Shown here piece by piece: positions 9,901 to 18,391 of a stretch of 38,083 nt of DNA. The notes beneath the pieces were generated by a model. That model was not told the DNA's origin, did not search any database, and was given only the letters and a program-made list of their open reading frames with translations. Origin of the DNA: an uncultured Bacteroides sp. (GTDB lineage Bacteria > Bacillota > Clostridia > Lachnospirales > Lachnospiraceae); the NCBI GenBank assembly GCA_964465725.1, contig CAYXKS010000002.1, positions 1-38,083 of the forward strand. The letters run 5' to 3'. The position numbers and the translations under genes are program-made. The first letter of the stretch is position 1, and each line of letters starts with the position of its first letter.

Positions 9901-10989
9901 CTATCCAATACTATCGCTATCACTAAAACATTCTTTCCAGGTTTTTAAATAATTCTGTAAAATCAATGCATCATCAAATCTATCAAAATACTTATTCGTT
10001 ATTTCGGGATATTCCCTCAATGCATCAGTCATAGTGGAAATACTTTTATCAAATTCCTGTTCAGGGTTTATAAGATATTCTGATAGCTCATCTATCATAA
10101 TTTCTCTTGGACCATACGGACAATCCGTAGCAACAACAGGGATACCACAACTTAACGCCTCCACTATATTCAATGGCATTCCTTCTACATTTGAGCATGA
10201 AAGCAATAGAGACGCATTTAACAGCCATTGCTCAGGCTCTTTTTGAAAGCCGATAATATAAATGTAATCTTCCATACCAAGCTCATCGATTTTTTTTCTT
10301 AAACTACTTTCAAGTGACCCCTTTCCCAAATATATTAGATCATAGTTTTTATAAAATTCGCCTTTAAAATATAGATTCAATGCCATATGAGGATTTTTTT
10401 CTTCTTCAAGGCGCCCCATAAATAAAATATACCTTCTTTTATTTGGAGATTCCAATTTTACTGTGTTCCTAAACCTTTCTACATCGCAGGGATTATATAT
10501 TGTTATTATATTTTTTTCATCAATTTCGTAGTTAGAACACAATTCCTGTTTCATACCCTTTGAAACCGTTACTACCTTTTTTCCATTTAATAATTTTCTT
10601 AATTTTGCTTTATAATAATAGCCTCTATTCCTATCCTCCAAAATGCGTGGTATATGCATGACATAAAAAGTCATTTCGCCTACGCTTGTCATAGAAGCTA
10701 AATACTGCGCTGGGTTTAAATGTGCCGTTATTAAAACATACTTTTTCCCCGATATAAATTTATTTACCTTTGGAACACATTTAATAAGATTGAAACGTGT
10801 TAAAATAGGTTCTTTTAATCCAATAGAAAATACATGAATATAATCTGGTATGTCAAAATCATTTTTTCTGTTATAGACTGTAACAAAATCGCTCTCTATA
10901 TTTAATTTAAAAAGTCCCTTCGCAAGATTTAAACAGACTTTTTCAGTACCTCCTCCATGAAGGGAGTTCAAAAAAAACAGCGCTCTCAC
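9901..10989 (-). CDS. Glycosyltransferase family 4 (tandem paralog)
   Basis: GGGTEKV, MGRLEEEKN, SNVEGMPLNIVEA; GTG start. Confidence 0.92.
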   Translation of the reverse strand: MRALFFLNSLHGGGTEKVCLNLAKGLFKLNIESDFVTVYNRKNDFDIPDYIHVFSIGLKEPILTRFNLIKCVPKVNKFISGKKYVLITAHLNPAQYLASMTSVGEMTFYVMHIPRILEDRNRGYYYKAKLRKLLNGKKVVTVSKGMKQELCSNYEIDEKNIITIYNPCDVERFRNTVKLESPNKRRYILFMGRLEEEKNPHMALNLYFKGEFYKNYDLIYLGKGSLESSLRKKIDELGMEDYIYIIGFQKEPEQWLLNASLLLSCSNVEGMPLNIVEALSCGIPVVATDCPYGPREIMIDELSEYLINPEQEFDKSISTMTDALREYPEITNKYFDRFDDALILQNYLKTWKECFSDSDSIG

Positions 10990-10999
10990 TTTTACCCCT

Positions 11000-12076
11000 T
11001 TAATCCGTCATAAAATACTTCTTCCAAACATTCAAATACATCTGTGTAATTAATTCATCCTCAAATTTATTATAATACTTCTCTGTAATAGCAGGATATG
11101 CCCCCAATGCTGAATGAATAACAGAAATACTCCTGGCAAATTCCTGTTCAGGATTTATAAGATATTTCTCTAATTCATCTATCATAATTTCATTTGGTCC
11201 ATATGGACAATCAGTTGCCACTACTGGTGTTCCACAAATCAATGCTTCTGCTATGATCATCGAAAATCCTTCCTGTCTCGAACACGATAACAAAAGTGAT
11301 GCATTCATAAGCCATTGCAAGGGTTTTTTTTGAAAACCTACAAGAAATACGTGTTTCTCCATATTATAATCAGCAATTTGTTCTTTTAATTTATTTTCAA
11401 GGAATCCTTTTCCTAAATAGATCAAGTCGTAATGATTATATAGCTTTCCCTTATAATATAAATGCAAAGCCATCAAAGGATCTTTCTGATCTACAAGTCT
11501 CCCCATTACAAGTATATAATTTCTGGAATGGGGCGAAGCAGATTTTTTTTCAGCTTTTAAATTTACAATATTACATGGATTATAGATCACTGTTATATTT
11601 TCAGGATGAATCCCATACTCACAATGCAATTCATTCTTCATTCCCTCTGAAACAGTCACTATTTTCTTTTTTCCCCAAAAAATTCTCAATCCAATTCGTT
11701 CAAGCAACGAACTATGTTCATCTGTTTTATGTCGACTTTTATGCATAACATAAAGACATTTACTTCTAACACATGTCAAGGAAGCCAAATACTGAGATGG
11801 CTGAAGATGCGCTGTGATCAATACATAATCTTTATCAGAGATAAATGCATTGACTTTCAGAACAGCTTTCGTAATCTCAATACATTCCAATGGCTTATCT
11901 TCAATCTTCAAGCAAAAAATATTAATATAATCCGCAATATCATAATCCGGCTTTTCATCAAAAATTGTAATAAAATCACTTTTAATACCCTGTTTGTAGA
12001 GTTGTGCTGCAAGATTAAGACAAACTTTTTCCGCCCCGCCTCCTGCAAATGAATTTAAAAAAAACAGTGCTCTCAC
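11000..12076 (-). CDS. Glycosyltransferase family 4 (tandem paralog)
   Basis: GGGAEKV, MGRLVDQKD, SRQEGFSMIIAEA; GTG start after GAGGTG. Confidence 0.92.
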   Translation of the reverse strand: MRALFFLNSFAGGGAEKVCLNLAAQLYKQGIKSDFITIFDEKPDYDIADYINIFCLKIEDKPLECIEITKAVLKVNAFISDKDYVLITAHLQPSQYLASLTCVRSKCLYVMHKSRHKTDEHSSLLERIGLRIFWGKKKIVTVSEGMKNELHCEYGIHPENITVIYNPCNIVNLKAEKKSASPHSRNYILVMGRLVDQKDPLMALHLYYKGKLYNHYDLIYLGKGFLENKLKEQIADYNMEKHVFLVGFQKKPLQWLMNASLLLSCSRQEGFSMIIAEALICGTPVVATDCPYGPNEIMIDELEKYLINPEQEFARSISVIHSALGAYPAITEKYYNKFEDELITQMYLNVWKKYFMTD

Positions 12077-12104
12077 TCATTCACCTCGCATATGTAAAGT
12101 AATA

Positions 12105-13175
12105 TTACTTTAAGCCTTTAATCGCATGCCAAATGTCAAGAAGAAAATACTCAACCCGTACACTTAGCAGCAAAAAAGTAAAACAACGTCTATTTAATAA
12201 AAAAACATAAGGATATGCAAATAACGGCAAGCCCTTATACGAACAAATTTTCTTTTCATCCTTACACTTTTCTTTTAGAAAACGTGTCGAGTCATGAATG
12301 GAATGTTTAAAGTCAACTTCTTGATGAACAACTGTTAACACACCACGAAATTCTGAGGCCTTAATCTGTCTCTCAAGTTGAAAGTCATCTCCCGCTCTTA
12401 AATGTTTTCGAAGATAATTCGCGACTGCTTTATTTCCTTCATATAAATCCGCATGATATTGGCTCATAGTGGAACTGCTGCTATCACGATTATAAAAATA
12501 CAGGGCCTCTTTAGAAAAATAAACTTTGTTCGCATTATACATACATTCATACGAGCAAACACTGTCCTCTCCCCGAAACAATGTCGTATCCTTACAATAG
12601 TGTTTTTCCAATAACTTCCTGGCTATTATTTTATCCGCAAGGGATGCCGAACATTTTCCCCTCTCAATTGTTTTCCTTATTGTACAGATCAGATCCGGAA
12701 ATATTTCTTTTTCGAGTCTTTCTCTATCGTACATGCCTTCTTCAATCTTAAGTTTTCTCTTTATATAGTTATCTTCCTGTACTAATTGAAAACAAAAAGC
12801 AAAAATATCTGGTGGATCCTCTGTGTCAAGTACCTGACTTGCTTTTTTCAATAGTTCCTGAGCTATCCAATCATCTCCATCAACGTGATATATATATTTT
12901 CCTGAGGCATGAAAAAGTCCATCATTTCGTGCCGCTACAACTCCAGTATTCTTTTCTTTATGTATGACTTGAACTCTTCTATCAATGGCTGCAAACTTAT
13001 CACAAATCTGTGGAGATCTGTCTGTCGATCCATCATTTACCAAAATTAATTCAAAGTTTTTATAAGTTTGTGAAAGAATACTTTCTATGCACTTCTCCAA
13101 ATCATTCTCATTATTGTAAACCGGCACAATAACTGAAAAAAAAGGTGCTGCAGATTTACTCATACTATGTCTCAT
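12105..13175 (-). CDS. Glycosyltransferase family 2
   Basis: FSVIVPVYN, LVNDGSTD, GVVAARN, HVDGDD, GED; start could be the ATG at 13163. Confidence 0.92.
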   Translation of the reverse strand: MRHSMSKSAAPFFSVIVPVYNNENDLEKCIESILSQTYKNFELILVNDGSTDRSPQICDKFAAIDRRVQVIHKEKNTGVVAARNDGLFHASGKYIYHVDGDDWIAQELLKKASQVLDTEDPPDIFAFCFQLVQEDNYIKRKLKIEEGMYDRERLEKEIFPDLICTIRKTIERGKCSASLADKIIARKLLEKHYCKDTTLFRGEDSVCSYECMYNANKVYFSKEALYFYNRDSSSSTMSQYHADLYEGNKAVANYLRKHLRAGDDFQLERQIKASEFRGVLTVVHQEVDFKHSIHDSTRFLKEKCKDEKKICSYKGLPLFAYPYVFLLNRRCFTFLLLSVRVEYFLLDIWHAIKGLK

Positions 13176-13223
13176 TCCTCTGAATATTCTTGATATTAAA
13201 AACTACCATAAATCACCAAAATA

Positions 13224-13243
13224 TTTCCACCTGTGCGGTTGGA
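13224..13243. repeat. Left terminal inverted repeat of the IS
   Basis: TTTCCACCTGTGCGGTTGGA is the perfect reverse complement of 15295-15314. Confidence 0.9.
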
Positions 13244-13307
13244 TTTTTCAGCTAATAGCCCTTGTCTTTTTGGCAAGGGTATTATTATGCCCTTTGGCAA
13301 GGCGACT

Positions 13308-13379
13308 TGTAGTTAAGAAATTACTTGCATAATTCCTTTGTTTAGCCTATAATCTATATTATGTAGTTAAGAAAGGAGG
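13308..13379 (+). promoter_or_regulatory. IS internal sigmaA promoter bracketed by 13-bp direct repeats, followed by an RBS
   Basis: TTGCAT(13325-30)-N17-TATAAT(13348-53); TGTAGTTAAGAAA at 13308-13320 and 13362-13374; AGGAGG at 13374-79. Confidence 0.7.
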
Positions 13380-13387
13380 CTCTAAAG

Positions 13388-13618
13388 GTGTTTATCCATG
13401 CAGTTCCAGATAACCGCGGGAAGAAAGACGGATACTACTGCTCATTAGTGGAATCACGCCGTGTTGATGGCATTCCCAGGCACGAAACCATGCTTTCCTT
13501 CGGCTTTATTGCCGCAGAGCGGCTTCCTTATCTGAAGGCTGCATTTAACCGTGGTGATCCCGAAGCCATCCTTGAACGCGAAAAACGTAGTCAAGAAAAG
13601 CGAAAGGAGTCTGTATGA
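13388..13618 (+). CDS. Small IS-associated protein (76 aa) resembling the IS1634 transposase N-terminus
   Basis: Strong RBS plus GTG; MFI...K.GYY.SLVES.RVDG.PRHET...G pattern; TGA overlaps the next ATG (ATGA). Confidence 0.65.
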   Translation: MFIHAVPDNRGKKDGYYCSLVESRRVDGIPRHETMLSFGFIAAERLPYLKAAFNRGDPEAILEREKRSQEKRKESV

Positions 13619-15134
13619 CCATGGAAAAGCATCCGGATGACAAGAAGCCTGTCGTCGAATATACTGCAAAGATCACTCTCCCTAATGGTGAAGTCATTGA
13701 AAAGACTGTTTCTACAGTCGGGACTTTCCTTTCTCTTGAGGATTTCGACCTTTCCACACGGGATGGCTTCCTGAAGGACTTTGACCTTTTGGAAAAAACT
13801 GTCCTCGAAACCAGCAGGAAACTCAATGGGGAACTATCCCGCGAATACCTGGACGTCTCGTCTAAAAAAACTGGAAACAAAAGTAAGGCCAACTTCGCTG
13901 GAAGCAGAATCCGGACGGATTGCCATACGTGTTCATGGCGCGTTTGCTAATTCCCTGCAGCCAAAAGAACGCGTCCTTTCGCTGTCCTTTCTGGAAGCCG
14001 CCTCATGTGTATGTACCAAGACAAGCTACCGGGATGCTGCCGATATTCTTAACCGGTTCCTCGGAAGGGCTGACACAAATACGATCAAACTCCGTACGTT
14101 ATCGGACAGCATATGCCGCATTGGTGCTGAGATTTCCAAAGAACTTTCCGATGTTACCGCCCACATCCTGTGCATGTACGGATTTGACGATGAAAGCGGC
14201 CTCCCATTAGAGGATGTGGCACTCTCTGATAACATAACGGCTGCCGCCGGCTCCCACGGTGCAGGACCAGCCAGGCCAGAGATCGCAGAGATGATTGCCG
14301 CAGTGAATGGTTCCCGCGAAGAGAAGATCCCATTTTCAGCAGCAGAAATAAAGATCGAATCGGTTCCGGAGGAATGCGTCTATGTTTCTATAGATGACAT
14401 CGGCGTCAAGCACCAAAAGGATTCCCGCAGGGAAGGCTCCGTAAGGGAATACAAATATGTTGAGAATACGGTCGCCCATATCCAGTATGGTAATGAATCC
14501 TACATACTGACAGGGATAGGCATGAGGAATGTCTTCAAATCTGTCCTTGCATTCCTGTTGGTGAACAATCTCCTCTCAAGGGAACTCGTTTTCCTGACTG
14601 ACGGGGCCCAGGATCTTAAGAGCCATATCCAGTCGGTCTTCCAATTCCACCCCTATACGATCATCCTTGACTGGTTCCATCTCAAAAAAAGATGCCAGGA
14701 ATGGCTCAGCATGGCAGTCCGCGGAAAAGACAGACGGAACGCCATTCTTGAAAAGGTGCTGCGCTATCTTTGGGCAGGTGATGTGAGGGGATGCCTCAGA
14801 ATGCCTTTCATCCCTGGAACCAGCCGACATTAAAAACAGAAAATGGCTTGATGATCTCAGCGGGTACTTCGAGAAAAAAGGCGATGCCATCACCTGTTAT
14901 GCGTTAAGGGCAAAACTCGGCCTCAGGAATTCCAGCAATCCTGTCGAAAAAGCAAACGACCTGATCGTGGCCGGACGGCAGAAACACAATGGGATGGCCT
15001 GGTCTCCCTATGGAAGCGGAGCGCTTGCCGCCCTGCAGATGATCTACCTAAACCACCAATCTGATCTATTGTTCCACAGAAAAGAACTGCGCCTGTTTTC
15101 GCCTTCTCTTGAAAACAACCAAAAAACAGCTTAA
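13615..15134 (+). pseudogene. ISLre2/ISKra4-like (UPF0236-type) transposase split by two +1 frameshifts
   Basis: Three segments: MTMEK...SSKK, then a shift at A7 (13864-13870); ...YVSIDDIGVKHQK...FLTDGAQDL...ILDWFHLKK...WAGDVR, then a shift at G4 (14787-14790); DASECL...NSSNPVEKANDLIVAGRQKHNGMAWS...TA*. Removing two bases gives a 505-aa ORF. Confidence 0.8.
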
Positions 15135-15294
15135 CTCAATACCTGCAAATCATGTAGCATTTCCAACACAGACTGCGGAGTAAAAGCAGATAACAGTCTT
15201 ATTTGTGTTCTCTTTTTCTATGTTGTCGTTCACCCTCCAGACATCCCTTAAAATCCATACTTACTTCCGTCACGAATAACGCTCTTTTTCATAT

Positions 15295-15314
15295 TCCAAC
15301 CGCACAGGTGGAAA
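15295..15314. repeat. Right terminal inverted repeat of the IS
   Basis: TCCAACCGCACAGGTGGAAA is the perfect reverse complement of 13224-13243. Confidence 0.9.
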
Positions 15315-15349
15315 AATTTCCCTCATTCCAGTCATCCGCTAATACACTA

Positions 15350-16441
15350 CTACCCTACAGTCAATTTTACGGCCACTGAAAACGGTACTATTTTATATAA
15401 CCGCATAAACCGAATCCTGCGTCGCCTGTCAGACAGACTGACAGGCTCCATTAGCCGCGGTTGCATCACTTCTCCCTTCTTACATGCAAACCATTTTAAT
15501 TCGCCTTTCACTTCCTCCCATATTTTCTCCGCCCGCTTAGAATGCACGATAACCAGCGACGTTCCCATCCCATCATCCACTTCCGGCTTAACCTTCTCTA
15601 TCCCCCAAAAATCCCCTATCGTAAAATCGCTCTCCCGATCCACCGTACAGAACTTGCAGCTATAACAGGACGGGCGCAGACTATAATTTTTAAAATACAT
15701 CCTGCAATAAATATCCTCATAAATAGAATCTACATACTCTCTTCCGTCAATCTTATAAGATCTCATATGCCCATTATCTGCATTCCGTTTGTCCCTAAAA
15801 GAAAAGTCTGTCATTTTCCCTCCATGCTTCTTCTCAAGATATTTTACATAGGACTTCCATATTCCAGGAGACGGCACGCCATAGCATACCAGATCCACAA
15901 TAATAAGTCTCTCATAATCTCTGCCCAAAAAGAGTCTCAAAGCCTGCGCCTGGCAGGGCGTCCCACAGAAGAGGACCCATCTGTTTTCCTTCAGGTTTTT
16001 CTCTATACTGCTGTATATCCCTTTTGTATCACTTTGTATATACTTTGTTCTCTTAATCTTTTCCAGCCGCCCCTCCTCCTCTGCCTTCTGATGGATCACA
16101 TTCATACTCCCGTCATAACCGGCGCCGTAAACAATTCCCTGCCTCTCGATCACATAATGAGCCAGTATGGAAAACACTCCCCCCGATGAACCTGAACACC
16201 TGATCTTATCATCTGACGCCTGTGCGCCAAAATAAAAATTATCACACTCTTTTTCTTTTGAACCTCTGTCTTTTAACGGGCATACTCTTCTGCACTTCCC
16301 ACACTCTGTACATATGGCCTTGTTGATCTTCGGATAGTAAAATCCTTCCCCGTCCTGAACCATATGGATCGCGCCTTCCGGACAGATTTCTGCACAGGCG
16401 CTGCATCCACAGCATGTTTCCTTTTTCTGATATCCCTTCAT
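15350..16441 (-). CDS. 4Fe-4S dicluster plus coenzyme F420 hydrogenase/dehydrogenase beta-subunit-like protein (EPS-locus type)
   Basis: CCGCSACAEICP and CTECGKCRRVCP ferredoxin motifs; SSGGVF, KYIQS, GTPCQ, DLVCYGVPS, LRPSCYSCKF, SDFTIGDFWG; likely ATG at 16441 after GAGG. Confidence 0.88.
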   Translation of the reverse strand: MKGYQKKETCCGCSACAEICPEGAIHMVQDGEGFYYPKINKAICTECGKCRRVCPLKDRGSKEKECDNFYFGAQASDDKIRCSGSSGGVFSILAHYVIERQGIVYGAGYDGSMNVIHQKAEEEGRLEKIKRTKYIQSDTKGIYSSIEKNLKENRWVLFCGTPCQAQALRLFLGRDYERLIIVDLVCYGVPSPGIWKSYVKYLEKKHGGKMTDFSFRDKRNADNGHMRSYKIDGREYVDSIYEDIYCRMYFKNYSLRPSCYSCKFCTVDRESDFTIGDFWGIEKVKPEVDDGMGTSLVIVHSKRAEKIWEEVKGELKWFACKKGEVMQPRLMEPVSLSDRRRRIRFMRLYKIVPFSVAVKLTVG

Positions 16442-16495
16442 ATACAGCCTCAATACCCTCTTAATTTTCTGTCTCTTTAATCGCCAAAATTACCT

Positions 16496-17641
16496 TCATT
16501 CTTTTAATCCATTCATCAAATACCGGTCTGCCGCCTTCACTTCTTTTTCTATACGCTTCTCTACCTTGTCCCAGTCCACTGTCCGCTCCTGTTCCTGGAA
16601 TCCGGCTTTCTTCTCCATATCTTCCCGATACAGATTCTCCTCCAACCCGCACATTTCCAGGATATTACTGATTCTCGTCCCTACGCTGCTGTGTTGGAAC
16701 GCCACAAAATCCTTATGGAAAATAATACTGAATGCCACCCCGTGAAACGAATTCGTTACTACATGATCCGCCCCATGGATATAGCCTATAAATTCCGCTG
16801 GTCCCGCAGTATAATCTACATAGACATTCTTACCGTGAAGATCCGGGCCTCCCTTTACTTCTAAGATTGAAAGGCCTTCCCTTCGCGCCAATTCTTTTGC
16901 GTACTCCGCCAGCGTGTCGTTTCCCTCCGTCATATACACAAAAACATATCTCTTTTTGTCCGGCAGCTTTTCTATCTTCTGCCACTCTTCCTTCCGCAGA
17001 AGAAAAACGGGATCCGGCGCTGTGAGAATATCCTGACCGCAAAATCGCCTGATATAAGGAATCGCCGCACTTTCTCTCACCGAGATACAGTCCACAGCCT
17101 TGATCAGTTCCGAGAATTCCTGATCATATTTTGATGACAGCGATGCCCTGCCCAGGCTCGCTGCATAAGCGATCACTTTCTTCTTTCTTTTACTTACAAA
17201 ATCTCCGAAATACACCTTCCTTAATCCCAATGTAATCTCAGGATTCCAGATCTGGTCGCTTCCCACAATATAATACTCGTATGAAAGTTTCCTTAACTGA
17301 CCGGCAAACAACAGCCTTCTCTGTTCCTTACCTATAAGATGCTTTCTGCGGAACATCCTCATATTCCGCCTACTTTCGAAAAAAAAAGTTCCCAATCTCA
17401 GGTTTCGTCTCCATCCGTTCCATCCACGTATTATAATATTCATCCAACCGTCAGCCGGTACATAAGGAATCCACCAATGCCTTCCCGTCATAAAAGGCGG
17501 TTCATACGGAACAATATTCGCCTTTATATTTCTCTCACACAGAAATGTTTTCAGCCCATATGCCTGCAGCATCGCTCCAAAGTTATCGGCACAATGAAAT
17601 GTCAGAATGCCCACATCACACATAATCCAATCTTTCTCCAA
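16496..17641 (-). CDS. Polysaccharide pyruvyltransferase family protein
   Basis: GILTFHCADNFGAMLQAYGL, VGSDQIWN, YAASLG, ISVRE, DPVFLL, TNSFHG; alternative ATG start at 17623. Confidence 0.9.
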   Translation of the reverse strand: MEKDWIMCDVGILTFHCADNFGAMLQAYGLKTFLCERNIKANIVPYEPPFMTGRHWWIPYVPADGWMNIIIRGWNGWRRNLRLGTFFFESRRNMRMFRRKHLIGKEQRRLLFAGQLRKLSYEYYIVGSDQIWNPEITLGLRKVYFGDFVSKRKKKVIAYAASLGRASLSSKYDQEFSELIKAVDCISVRESAAIPYIRRFCGQDILTAPDPVFLLRKEEWQKIEKLPDKKRYVFVYMTEGNDTLAEYAKELARREGLSILEVKGGPDLHGKNVYVDYTAGPAEFIGYIHGADHVVTNSFHGVAFSIIFHKDFVAFQHSSVGTRISNILEMCGLEENLYREDMEKKAGFQEQERTVDWDKVEKRIEKEVKAADRYLMNGLKE

Positions 17642-17667
17642 CCTTTAACGCATATCATTCATCCTGC

Positions 17668-18333
17668 CTATTGTATACTGTTTATAAACCTCACATAATC
17701 AAAATCATCCAGATAGCGCCTCTTTAACCTCTGGTCTTTAAAATTCGTTATAGTCCCGAGTTCATCCTTATCTTCAAACCCTTTTATATAAATTGCAGAT
17801 GGAAATTCAGGATACTCGACATGTGTAAAAATCACTTTGCTCTTAAACGGAAGCTTCTCAAACTCTCTGATCGTTTCATAAGTGCATCCATCTTTTTCTG
17901 ACCCGACAATAAAAAGATTATCCCAATTGATCCTTCTTTTCCTTTCCTCCCATTTGAGTACCCCTTCTTCAAAACTGTCATAGTGTATGAAATAGATCTT
18001 AATGTCTCCTAATATACCAGCCGGACACTGATACATCTGGTCATGTGCTTCCGTCATTTCCTGTTCCATATACCACTTCAGATTTCCAGCCATTTTGACA
18101 AAATCGTTCATTTCTATACTCAAGTTAACCGTCGGTGTAAGGTATGGCAGACCCATATCATAATACATGAACATTCCGCTGCAGTTTGAAGCGATCACCG
18201 TAAAATTCCTGTTCTTTAATCTTTTGCTTTTGTTCCTCTTATACGCTTGCCATTCCAATTCTATCAATCGCTTCTGCAGATATCCTTTAACATCTATCAC
18301 CGTCTTATAAGCCTCCAACACTTCTTTTGCCAT
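17668..18333 (-). CDS. DUF1919 family exopolysaccharide-associated protein
   Basis: FTVIASNCSG..MYYDMGLPYLTPTVNL, IYFIHY, KWEERKRRINWDNL are typical DUF1919 motifs. Confidence 0.85.
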   Translation of the reverse strand: MAKEVLEAYKTVIDVKGYLQKRLIELEWQAYKRNKSKRLKNRNFTVIASNCSGMFMYYDMGLPYLTPTVNLSIEMNDFVKMAGNLKWYMEQEMTEAHDQMYQCPAGILGDIKIYFIHYDSFEEGVLKWEERKRRINWDNLFIVGSEKDGCTYETIREFEKLPFKSKVIFTHVEYPEFPSAIYIKGFEDKDELGTITNFKDQRLKRRYLDDFDYVRFINSIQ

Positions 18334-18391
18334 TCCGGCCCCTAGCCAGCTTTTGACTGCTGCTTTTCAAATTGATGGATTACCTTGCCCG

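Larger units (their letters stand above)
13227..15311 (+). mobile_element. Insertion sequence of about 2.1 kb, ISLre2/ISKra4-like (Mutator-like DDE)
   Basis: Terminal IRs CCACCTGTGCGGTTGGA (13227-13243) and TCCAACCGCACAGGTGG (15295-15311); flanks AAATATTT (13219-13226) and AAAAATTT (15312-15319) are either an imperfect 8-bp target duplication or an IR extension; transposase motifs inside. Confidence 0.85.

Noticed and set aside
10970-12064. T8 runs at the 5' end of both tandem GT4 genes as phase-variable tracts
   Set aside because: They encode conserved Phe-Phe-Leu in AT-rich DNA where such runs are common.
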